Shown here: piece after piece, positions 39,957 through 48,177 of the stretch
How the letters are laid out: every line of letters begins with the position of its first letter
How positions within the stretch are numbered: position 1 is the stretch's first letter
Source: an uncultured Pseudomonadales bacterium
GTDB lineage: Bacteria > Patescibacteriota > Microgenomatia > UBA1400 > CAYXSR01
Assembly: GCA_964430265.1 (NCBI GenBank)
Contig: CAYSEI010000002.1
Location: 207,209 to 258,766 of the forward strand
Length of the DNA stretch: 51,558 nt
Direction: 5' to 3'
Notes under the pieces: model-generated
Seen by the model: only the letters and a program-made list of their open reading frames with translations
Told to the model about the DNA's origin: nothing
Database searches by the model: none
Made by a program: the position numbers and the translations under genes

Positions 39957-40123
39957 TAGTTTAACAGACAAATCTAGGCTTAATATTTAATAAAATAATT
40001 AAGTAAGAAATTAAATAAAAAACAGCATTTAAAATTTAATTTTAATATTTATTAGATATTTATGAATTATTAAATTCTTATATAAAAAGCCGGTTAAATA
40101 AGATTATTAAATTATTAATTTAA

Positions 40124-41347
40124 ATGAAATATTCACACCTTTTTACAAAAACAAGAAAAAATCCTCCTAGTGATGAGCAGACAGTTAATGCGCAACTCTT
40201 GGTCCAAGCAGGATTTGTTGATAAATTAATGGCCGGAGTCTACAGCTATCTACCCTTAGGTTTAAGAGTAATCAAAAAAATTGAAGACATTGTACGTGAA
40301 GAAATGAATACAATCGGTGGACAGGAAGTTCTTTTGCCTGCATTACATCCTTCAAAAAACTGGAAGCATACAGGAGGATGGGACACTATTGATGTTCTTT
40401 TTAAGATTGAAAGCAGGACAAAAAAAGATTATGCTTTGGGCCAGAGCCATGAAGAAGTGGTAACCCCTTTAGTTAAAAAATATATTCAGTCATACAAAGA
40501 CCTCCCGGTTGCAGTTTACCAGATCCAAAATAAATATCGGGATGAGTTAAGAGCAAAATCAGGTCTTTTAAGGGGTAGAGAGTTTAATATGAAGGATATG
40601 TACAGCTTCCACCTGACGCGTAAAGATTTTGAAAAATTTTATGACACAGTTAAAAAAGCATACATCAAGGTATTTAACCGCTGCGGCTTGGATGCAAAGG
40701 TAACTGAAGCTTCCGGTGGTTCTTTTACTAACAAAATATCATATGAATTCATGGTTTTAACTGATGCAGGGGAAGATGAAATCTTTTTCTGTCCTCAATG
40801 TAACTGGTGTGTGAATGTTGAGATTGCTAAGGTAAAGGAAGATGACGCTTGTCCTAAATGTAATAAAGGTAAACTAAAAAAAGCTACAGCTGCTGAAGCG
40901 GGAAATGTTTTTGATCTGGGACAGAAATACACCAAGGATTTTGATTTTTATGTTTTGGACGCAAACGGAGAAAAAATTTATCCTTTTATGGGGTGTTATG
41001 GAATTGGAATTTCAAGGCTGATGGCAACCATTGTGGAAAAATACCATGATGAAAACGGGATTATCTGGCCGGAAAGCGTTGCGCCTGTGGATGTGTATTT
41101 GATTGATATAGACAAAAAAGAAAAAGCAAAAGAGATATACAATAAACTTAAAGAAAAAGGTGTTGAGATTCTTTGGGATGATAGGGACGAAAGTGTTGGG
41201 TCAAAATTTGCTGATGCTGATTTGCTGGGTATTCCTGTAAGGCTCGTTGTATCAGAAAAAACAGGAGAGAAAATAGAGTTTAAAAAAAGAGGATCAGATG
41301 AAACAGAACTTTTGACTATGGAACAAATAATTACAAAATTGAAATAA
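40124..41347 (+). CDS. proS: prolyl-tRNA synthetase (short, no full insertion editing domain)
   Basis: AG....AGVY..LPLG, HEE, YRDE.R...GLLRGREF.MKD.YSF, MGCYGIG.SR, anticodon-binding DDR...G.KFADADL.G. Confidence 0.95.
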   Translation: MKYSHLFTKTRKNPPSDEQTVNAQLLVQAGFVDKLMAGVYSYLPLGLRVIKKIEDIVREEMNTIGGQEVLLPALHPSKNWKHTGGWDTIDVLFKIESRTKKDYALGQSHEEVVTPLVKKYIQSYKDLPVAVYQIQNKYRDELRAKSGLLRGREFNMKDMYSFHLTRKDFEKFYDTVKKAYIKVFNRCGLDAKVTEASGGSFTNKISYEFMVLTDAGEDEIFFCPQCNWCVNVEIAKVKEDDACPKCNKGKLKKATAAEAGNVFDLGQKYTKDFDFYVLDANGEKIYPFMGCYGIGISRLMATIVEKYHDENGIIWPESVAPVDVYLIDIDKKEKAKEIYNKLKEKGVEILWDDRDESVGSKFADADLLGIPVRLVVSEKTGEKIEFKKRGSDETELLTMEQIITKLK

Positions 41348-41349
41348 AC

Positions 41350-41544
41350 ATGAACACTAACAAAAAACTAAGACGGTCAAAAAAGTACAGAAAAATTGCT
41401 GGTGTAGCAAGCGGCTTTGCTGAATTTTTGGAAGTGGATGTTATTATTACTAGGCTGATATTTGCTCTCTTGGCTTTACCCGGAGGCATGCCCGGAATTC
41501 CAATATATATTATCTGCTGGATTATAATTCCGGAAAAAGAATAA
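41350..41544 (+). CDS. pspC: PspC domain protein
   Basis: KLRRS...KIAGV..G.AE...D....R...YII.WIIIP. Confidence 0.88.
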   Translation: MNTNKKLRRSKKYRKIAGVASGFAEFLEVDVIITRLIFALLALPGGMPGIPIYIICWIIIPEKE

Positions 41545-41571
41545 TTTATATCTTAAAATTCACGCAAAAAT

Positions 41572-42006
41572 TTAATTCTTTTTTGAAAGAGAATTAAATT
41601 TAATAAAGTTAATAACTGCAGATATTAACATTCCTATTAAAGAGATATATAAAATAATTCTGATTAAGCTATTTAATTGAGGTTTGTTGATTATGCTGAA
41701 ATCAAAAGGAAAGATGTTTAACAAAAGAATAATTGAATAAGCAGTCAAAGCTAATGAGATTATTTTAGTAATTGGTTTAATCAAAGTTTTAGCATTTAAA
41801 TGACCGACGGATTCAATAGCTGCATTAAAAATAGTAATAACAATAGCAGTTGGCAGCCATTGATAATAATCAGGAGTTATAAAGTTAAATTTGGGAACTA
41901 AATAAATTGAAATTAAGATTCCAATAACAGCTCCCGTTATTTCTCCAAAAACTTCCCAGTTTCTTTTTGAAAATTTTTTATTGTTTTTTAAGAAATTTTT
42001 GTTCAT
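41572..42006 (-). CDS. hypothetical four-TM membrane protein
   Basis: Four hydrophobic segments, IFPFDFS. Confidence 0.7.
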   Translation of the reverse strand: MNKNFLKNNKKFSKRNWEVFGEITGAVIGILISIYLVPKFNFITPDYYQWLPTAIVITIFNAAIESVGHLNAKTLIKPITKIISLALTAYSIILLLNIFPFDFSIINKPQLNSLIRIILYISLIGMLISAVINFIKFNSLSKKN

Positions 42007-42165
42007 ATAGACACTTTAGCATAGTTTTTTATACACAGCAATTAATTTATACTATAGTTCTTTTTAATTATGTTTAAGAAAAAAATTCACTTCTAAGAAT
42101 CATTTTAAGTTTTCAAAATATTTTTTATGATATACTAATTTAAGTTTGTATAGTAATAAAATTAA

Positions 42166-43098
42166 ATGAATAAAAATAAATATGGTTTCGTTTTTACTTC
42201 AGTAACTTTTTTAGTTGGTATAGCGGTTTTAATTTTGGGTTCTGCTGCAGTTGGAGTATACATTTCTCAGAAAAAACAGCCACAAAAAAAGATATTTAAA
42301 TCCAAGCAAAAAAAGTCATATTGGCAAAGTAGTATCTGGATTGACGTTCCAGCACGAAAGTTAAAAGTTAAAATAGATGACAAAGTTAATATTGAAGGCC
42401 ATATTACCAATGATAAAAACATTAAGTCTGTTTTAATCAGTGTTGATGACCAAAAACAAGCAGACATTCAGGATTTTAAACAAAGCGGACAGTTAAAATA
42501 TTTTAATTATCAATGGAAAGCGGATTTATCCGGAGAAAAAAAATTAAAAGCAACAGCTTTAGGAGAGGACCAATCAGAAATTGCTACTGATTGGGTGATA
42601 ATTGAAGTAGAAGAGGAGGTTAATTCACCAAGTCCTAGTCCAGTTAGACAAACAGCTAGCCCAGAACCTGAACCAGAATCTGAACCAACACCAGAGCCAG
42701 ATTCAAGTTCAGAATCTATAAAACCAACACCAGAGCCAACTCCTCAACCCACTCCTCGTCCAACTCCTTCGCCTGAAGATAATTCTGCACCTTCAGCACC
42801 AACTCTTAAATATCCTATTGGAGGAACAACAATTGACTGCACAGCACGTGTTGATTTAGATTGGAATGCTATAAGTGATCCGAGTGGAATAGAAAACTAT
42901 ACAGTTGAAGTGCAGTGGCATTTTGGAGACGAAAACTGGCAGTCAGCGTCTGGAAGTCCTTTTACAATAACAAATACGCAATTGGAAATAGATACAGAAT
43001 GTGCCCTCTATTACCGCTGGCGTGTAAAAGCAAAAGATAATGCCGGAAACAGTAGTAATTATTCCAGCTGGGAAGAATTTCAAGTAAATTTAATGTAA
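42166..43098 (+). CDS. membrane-anchored protein: Ig-like domain, Pro/Thr linker, FN3-like domain
   Basis: TM, beta-rich domain, PEPTP repeats, D..APSAP.L..P, D.SGI..Y, YYRWRVKAKDNAGN. Confidence 0.8.
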   Translation: MNKNKYGFVFTSVTFLVGIAVLILGSAAVGVYISQKKQPQKKIFKSKQKKSYWQSSIWIDVPARKLKVKIDDKVNIEGHITNDKNIKSVLISVDDQKQADIQDFKQSGQLKYFNYQWKADLSGEKKLKATALGEDQSEIATDWVIIEVEEEVNSPSPSPVRQTASPEPEPESEPTPEPDSSSESIKPTPEPTPQPTPRPTPSPEDNSAPSAPTLKYPIGGTTIDCTARVDLDWNAISDPSGIENYTVEVQWHFGDENWQSASGSPFTITNTQLEIDTECALYYRWRVKAKDNAGNSSNYSSWEEFQVNLM

Positions 43099-43102
43099 AT
43101 AT

Positions 43103-46100
43103 ATGAATGATATAAAAAAAGAAAACAAAAGATTAAAGATTGCTGTTCTAATTTTAGCTCTGATTATTTTTACTGGATTAATCAGTATATTTTTGTTTTC
43201 AAGAAAGAACAAAAAAGAAGAACTTAATCAGCGTCCTCTAGTTTTAATAACTCAGCCGAAAAACAAACGCGCTTATAAAAAAAACGATCTTATAACTATT
43301 AATAGTAAAGCTTTTTCTGAACAAGGAATAAAAAGCTTGCAAGTCTTCTTAAATGGAAACTCTATTAAGAAAACAAACCTCAAAGAAAAAAATCTCAAGG
43401 ATATTAAAATTACAGTCAATTGGTTAGCAGAAGCAACTGGTGTATATGAGCTGATAGTAGAAGCAGAATCTAAAAACAATGAAAAAGGGCAGAGTTCTTT
43501 GGTTTTTCTTGTCGAAGAGGAAAAAACAACAGTTGAAGAGGATAAAACAGTTGAGGAAAGCTTGCAAACTGAAACAAATCTACAAGAAAGAGATGAAAAT
43601 ACAACAAAAGAAGAGGAAACAGGACAAGAAGAGACAATAGATGATACAGGGGAACCGGAGGAATCTGAAATAACAGAAGAAACAGAGGAAACAGTAGAAG
43701 AAGGCATAAGAGTACCGGAATACAGTATTCCTCTTCCTCACAATCAATTTAGTTTAGCAGAAACTTTAGGCTCATTTTTCAGTGATGAGGAAGCTCCAGC
43801 TTCAGAAACTGAAGCAGAAAACCGTTTGCGTATTGAGTTGGTTGGACTTAAAACTGAATCAGAATATGATTCTACCCACTGCTATATCGGACTGGGTGAA
43901 AACTCGCCGCAGTGGTATCCGGATATTGATTCAGACCAATCAACTGATGAATATTTTGAAAGTGCCGGCGGAACCGAATGGAATATTGCTGATTACCTTT
44001 CAGGAAGCAGTAGTTTGGAAACAGTTTGGACTGAAGATAGAGATTTTCCAATAGAAATTAATTGTGTTGCAATAACTAATGAAGGAACGGAAGCAGTTAA
44101 TTTAGGGAATATTACACTTAGTATACCTGCGAGTGATTGGGATGGTAGTTTAAGGCAAGCAGTTGGCAAAGAAGGAGAAAGTGTTTTTACACTTGACTAT
44201 ATTATTGGAGATCCAGATGAGAGGGAAGTTCCGGGAATTCCTTTGTATCTTGACCCAACGATGACCCCGCCTACCAATCTGCATTATGATCAGCGGCGGC
44301 AAGAGCTGCAATGGGAATATAATCCAGCTGAAGATGAACCAAGTATTAATGGGTTTGCGGTCTATTTAAACAATACCTTGCAGTGGACAGTTAGACCAAA
44401 TAGACAATACAGCCGTTTGCCTCTGCAATGGCTAAAACCTCCGTGTGGAGTTGATTACTCTTTTACAGTTACTGCTTTTCGTGGCAATCTACCTGATGGC
44501 CCAGAATCAACAGCAACAATACCTGGATATGTAGTTGAAGGAGGAGAAGTTGGTACTCAAGACTGTAATAAAGAAGTAATAGTTACTTTTAAAAATATGC
44601 AGACAGGCGATTTAGGGAATGATGGAAACAGAGATCCCGGAGATGCTGGTCCGATCATTGGAACTTTTTATGCCAATGACCGTCTGCTTTCTCTTGACGG
44701 CAGGTGTAATGACAGACGTGACAATTTTTGTTCTGAAAGAGGATGGAATAATAACAGCACTTATCAAATAATGGATCTTTTGAATAATTATGGAACTGGT
44801 CCGAATGCACATTCCAACCAAGTATTAGTGACTATTCCAGAAGGAGAAGATCTTTGGATAGGTTATGAAATCATTGATTATGACAGGCGCAATAGTAATG
44901 ATTTAGTTTGTAGTGCTGAAACTTGGGTGCAAAGTAATCAGCTTGATAATGTACATGAAAAAACAGTTACTTCAGAACGTTCCCGCTGCAGAATGGAAGT
45001 TGATATCCGCCCCGGAGGCGGAAGCCCGATTGGAAGTAGAGAGGATTGGACTCCTTTACCACAGTTATGGGTTTCTGATTTAACAGTCGATGATGAAACT
45101 GGACAGTTGGAAGTACATGTTAAAAATATTGGCACAGCCTCAGTTGCGTCGCAGAATATTAAACTTGGGTTTACGCGCAGAAATGGAACAGCTTATGATA
45201 CCAATTCTTTGATTTGGCAGGGTTTAACTTTGGAGCCTGGGGAAGAAAAGGTTTTTACTAATCCCATAATCCGGCCAAGACCGGCATTAAGCGTTTGTGT
45301 ACAGCTTGATCCTGATAATCAGTTTCATGAAGCTTTTGAAGAAAGCCAAGCTATAGAAAGGCAAATATTTTGTAAAGACTTAGCTGATTTAATAATTACT
45401 GACAGCTCGTATAATTCGGAAAGAAATAGCTTGCATATTACTGTACAAAATCAAGGTGAGGGAATTTTAGACAACCGTGTTGTGAATTTAAGAGGTTCAA
45501 TTCCGTTTCGGTCAGATTATCTATTTGATAAAAACTGGCATTTTTCTTTAGAACCAGGAGAAAGCAAGGTTTTATCCTGGACAGACGTAAGTGAAGAAGC
45601 CCGCGATTCAATGGAACTAAGAGGATACAATCTTGAATTAGATCCTCTTAACAGAATTGCAGAAACAAATGAAGATAATAATCAGTATCAAGTTAATGGT
45701 AGAAAGAGAGTTAAAGTGAGATGGATTAAAGCTTGCTTCCCGTATTTTGTTGCAGGACGAAATAACCATGCCAATATTAGCTTAAACGTAGAAAAAGTTG
45801 CAAGACATACAGAAGAACAGATTGTCAATTGGTCAACTGGAGAAATGACTTTGCATGAATGGACTGAAGGGGGTTACCGTAACACTCTGGACTCAACAAA
45901 ATGCTGGAGAAGAGAATATCCAACAAATCCCAGTGAAAGGACTACTGATTACATTAGTATTACCGGAGACGAACGTTTAAAAATATCAGCGGGAGGAAGT
46001 GCTAGGGTTGGAACCCGCGACTATAATCTCTATGATATCACAGAGAATTTTAATGTGGCAAGGGGCTTGGAAGAAACCTTTATTCCTGGTTTGGTGGAAG

Positions 46101-46225
46101 ATACAAATATTTGTGGTGGCATGGAAACCTATTATTACAATTGGGCCTCAACAGCATCTGTTCCCTTAGAAGATAACACAGGATACAGATGGACGACTAG
46201 TTTTGTAATTTGTGTTGAAGAATAA
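43103..46225 (+). CDS. 1040-aa membrane-anchored surface protein with Ig-like, FN3-like and two CARDB-like domains
   Basis: TM, Glu/Thr linker, PPTNL...Y.F.VTA, V.N.G...LEPGE...LDP.N...E. Confidence 0.8.
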   Translation: MNDIKKENKRLKIAVLILALIIFTGLISIFLFSRKNKKEELNQRPLVLITQPKNKRAYKKNDLITINSKAFSEQGIKSLQVFLNGNSIKKTNLKEKNLKDIKITVNWLAEATGVYELIVEAESKNNEKGQSSLVFLVEEEKTTVEEDKTVEESLQTETNLQERDENTTKEEETGQEETIDDTGEPEESEITEETEETVEEGIRVPEYSIPLPHNQFSLAETLGSFFSDEEAPASETEAENRLRIELVGLKTESEYDSTHCYIGLGENSPQWYPDIDSDQSTDEYFESAGGTEWNIADYLSGSSSLETVWTEDRDFPIEINCVAITNEGTEAVNLGNITLSIPASDWDGSLRQAVGKEGESVFTLDYIIGDPDEREVPGIPLYLDPTMTPPTNLHYDQRRQELQWEYNPAEDEPSINGFAVYLNNTLQWTVRPNRQYSRLPLQWLKPPCGVDYSFTVTAFRGNLPDGPESTATIPGYVVEGGEVGTQDCNKEVIVTFKNMQTGDLGNDGNRDPGDAGPIIGTFYANDRLLSLDGRCNDRRDNFCSERGWNNNSTYQIMDLLNNYGTGPNAHSNQVLVTIPEGEDLWIGYEIIDYDRRNSNDLVCSAETWVQSNQLDNVHEKTVTSERSRCRMEVDIRPGGGSPIGSREDWTPLPQLWVSDLTVDDETGQLEVHVKNIGTASVASQNIKLGFTRRNGTAYDTNSLIWQGLTLEPGEEKVFTNPIIRPRPALSVCVQLDPDNQFHEAFEESQAIERQIFCKDLADLIITDSSYNSERNSLHITVQNQGEGILDNRVVNLRGSIPFRSDYLFDKNWHFSLEPGESKVLSWTDVSEEARDSMELRGYNLELDPLNRIAETNEDNNQYQVNGRKRVKVRWIKACFPYFVAGRNNHANISLNVEKVARHTEEQIVNWSTGEMTLHEWTEGGYRNTLDSTKCWRREYPTNPSERTTDYISITGDERLKISAGGSARVGTRDYNLYDITENFNVARGLEETFIPGLVEDTNICGGMETYYYNWASTASVPLEDNTGYRWTTSFVICVEE

Positions 46226-46229
46226 AATT

Positions 46230-47012
46230 CTATATTTTAACTAATTCTTTTAATTTTAAGTATTCAATAATCCCTTCTGCCAAAGCTTTTGCAGGGACTT
46301 CTGGGTTATTAACAATTATTTGTCTATCTGACCAATTGGTTAAAAATCCGGTTTCTACAATTGCAGCAGTGGTCATAGGATGGATGCTGTGTTTATACTT
46401 CCACCAGGAAAAAGCATAATAACCACGCATGTTTCTGGTAATATTAGGATCTTTAATCATTTGCGTTTCTTTTTGATAGGTCTTTTCAAGAACTTCTACT
46501 AAAGTATTTGCATTACCTGTTAAATCACGCCAGGGTGGAGCAAATTTAAATCCAGAAGTATAAATACTATTGCTTCCGTCAGCATGAATTGATATAAAAA
46601 CGTCTGCCCAATAATCCGGGGTTACGGTTGTAGGTAAAAGGTCAACTTCAATTCCTTGATTTTGCAAAATTATAGCTGTTTTTTCTGCAATAGATTTATT
46701 TATATCAACTTCTTTGTAGCCCATTGCTTCTGCACCGCCGGATTTTTTTAAATTTTCAAGTTCGTCGGGAACTTTATCATTATCCAAATGCCCAATTTGT
46801 ATACCTACTTTAGGTGGGACATCGGGTCTTTGCCAATTTTTTTTTAATGCTTCCCAAGGAGTAAGAGAGGGAACTTCAGTTTCAGCTTCACCATAGGGTG
46901 GAGCACCGGATATTTTTGCATTTAAACTGTCAATATTAGAGTAAATCAAAATCAAACCTAAAACACCAATTGACATTATGATAATAAAAGGGAAAAATAT
47001 TTTTTTCTTCAT
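46230..47012 (-). CDS. N-acetylmuramoyl-L-alanine amidase (Amidase_3)
   Basis: N-terminal TM, GH, E, FISIHAD, AAIVETGFLTN. Confidence 0.88.
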   Translation of the reverse strand: MKKKIFFPFIIIMSIGVLGLILIYSNIDSLNAKISGAPPYGEAETEVPSLTPWEALKKNWQRPDVPPKVGIQIGHLDNDKVPDELENLKKSGGAEAMGYKEVDINKSIAEKTAIILQNQGIEVDLLPTTVTPDYWADVFISIHADGSNSIYTSGFKFAPPWRDLTGNANTLVEVLEKTYQKETQMIKDPNITRNMRGYYAFSWWKYKHSIHPMTTAAIVETGFLTNWSDRQIIVNNPEVPAKALAEGIIEYLKLKELVKI

Positions 47013-47072
47013 ATACTCATATATTTATACTAATAATAATCATATGTATTCAAGCTGAGAAATTGCTTAATT

Positions 47073-47116
47073 AAAAAAACCCGCTTGACTGCGCGATTGC
47101 AATCAGCGGGCTTTTT
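47073..47116 (-). terminator. intrinsic terminator (possibly bidirectional)
   Basis: Minus strand AAAAAG-CCCGCT-GATTGC-aatcgc-GCAGTC-a-AGCGGG-TTTTTTT. Confidence 0.85.
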
Positions 47117-47140
47117 ATCTTTACAATCCAAAATATTTTA

Positions 47141-47313
47141 GAAAAAGAGTCTATCCGACTTCTTGTTTCCGGACTCAAAATAATTGAACCCGGAAAAGAA
47201 AAGTCGGAAGTCAAAACCAAAAGGTTAAAAGCAAAATTGCCAAGCAATTATGGCAAAATAGCTGGAAACCTCTATAGTTTCAACTTGACTCTTCTTCCGT
47301 CCCTAAGGACGGA
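47141..47313 (-). ncRNA. candidate structured RNA domain (multi-stem 3' trailer), family unknown
   Basis: Closing stem 47141-47151/47287-47297 encloses hairpins 47154-47208, 47237-47256, 47260-47285; flanking 7-bp hairpin 47296-47313; mismatches read as G-U on the minus strand. Confidence 0.6.
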
Positions 47314-47694
47314 TTAATACTCATTGTTTTCTTTCTCTATATATTCCTCATATAGGGCTTTGTTCTCATTTCTGAGGTGCTCGATTCTTCTCTTGCTGTC
47401 CAAATGTATTAGCCAGACAACAATTGAAAATGCAATTGCAACGATTACTACAATCGTCACAAAGTTGTTAACAAACCACTTTCCAATCGTTAACAGCAGC
47501 ATTATGATAGATGCTGCAAAGATTGAAAAGATTACAAATCGAAAGAGCAAACCAAATACTCCCTCAATTTCATAAATTCTTGCTATGAGATCTGTTAGTC
47601 CTGTTCCTTCAGACAACCAGAACAAAACAAACAGAACAGTTGCTGCTGTACCTAGAATTCCAGGCACCTTATTTATCCATTCCTTGTTTCTCAT
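47314..47694 (-). CDS. small three-TM membrane protein with charged C-terminal helix
   Basis: GGAGG RBS at 47701-47705; ATGA overlap with the upstream gene. Confidence 0.75.
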   Translation of the reverse strand: MRNKEWINKVPGILGTAATVLFVLFWLSEGTGLTDLIARIYEIEGVFGLLFRFVIFSIFAASIIMLLLTIGKWFVNNFVTIVVIVAIAFSIVVWLIHLDSKRRIEHLRNENKALYEEYIEKENNEY

Positions 47695-47942
47695 TTCATT
47701 CCTCCAATTATGACAAATGCAGCGATTACCAAAAAAGAAATTAAAAAGACCCAGATTTCTCTGGTTTTAATTTCTTTTGGTGTGTTTAATAACCACAGAA
47801 CTGCGGTTATTAAAAGTGCGGCTAAAAAAACAATTGCTGCCGGTTCCCAGTACAAAGCGGGGAGCCAGTGTATGTACACTGAAATGCTGTCATATGCTAC
47901 TGCCAGAAGCAGTAAAAACAGCAGTCCGATAAGAATTCCCAT
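47691..47942 (-). CDS. small three-TM membrane protein
   Basis: AAGGAG RBS at 47951-47956, 8 nt spacing; three hydrophobic helices. Confidence 0.75.
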   Translation of the reverse strand: MGILIGLLFLLLLAVAYDSISVYIHWLPALYWEPAAIVFLAALLITAVLWLLNTPKEIKTREIWVFLISFLVIAAFVIIGGMK

Positions 47943-48055
47943 TTACTCTTCTCCTTATAGTATGATTGCTTATTACATTTTTTAATGAGTATATTTATCC
48001 AGCCAGCTATAGACAGAATAGCTTCTGCCCAGAACCGGCTGGATAATATTTTGGA

Positions 48056-48108
48056 TTGTTAAAGAACAAAGAATACTCCTATATTTAAAAGAAGAATAAA
48101 GGAGTATT
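48056..48108 (-). promoter_or_regulatory. hairpin followed by boxA-like antitermination motif
   Basis: Hairpin AATACTCCT/AGGAGTATT (48072-48108), then TGTTCTTTAACAA (48068-48056), resembling rrn boxA TGCTCTTTAACA. Confidence 0.6.
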
Positions 48109-48118
48109 AATTGGCGAT

Positions 48119-48147
48119 AGTATAGCAATTAGTTATAGGACAATCAA
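48119..48147 (-). promoter_or_regulatory. sigma70-type promoter
   Basis: TTGATT (48147-48142), 17 nt, TATACT (48124-48119) with TG extension. Confidence 0.8.
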
Positions 48148-48177
48148 GATATTTCTGTATATACTTGAATCTAAGAT

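Larger units (their letters stand above)
47118..48065. repeat. long-range inverted repeat (arms 47118-47137 and 48045-48065)
   Basis: TCTTTA-CAATCCAAAATATT versus reverse complement TCTTTAACAATCCAAAATATT: 20 pairs, one bulged base. Confidence 0.9.

Noticed and set aside
39957-40123. T-box leader upstream of proS
   Set aside because: No T-box consensus or terminator/antiterminator; simply AT-rich
42661-42775. Short direct repeats (AACCAACACCAGAGCCA twice)
   Set aside because: Explained by the Pro/Thr/Glu linker coding sequence
47317-47992. Inner 9-bp inverted repeat ATACTCATT / AATGAGTAT bracketing the two ORFs
   Set aside because: Nesting is attractive, but similar AT-rich words also occur near 47011 and 50419, so it is not counted as evidence
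47118-48065. MITE/IS or invertible DNA segment defined by the 20-bp inverted repeat
   Set aside because: No transposase, recombinase or target-site duplication seen; promoter and terminator lie just outside the arms in matching orientation, and G-U-biased stems favour an RNA role (not fully excluded)
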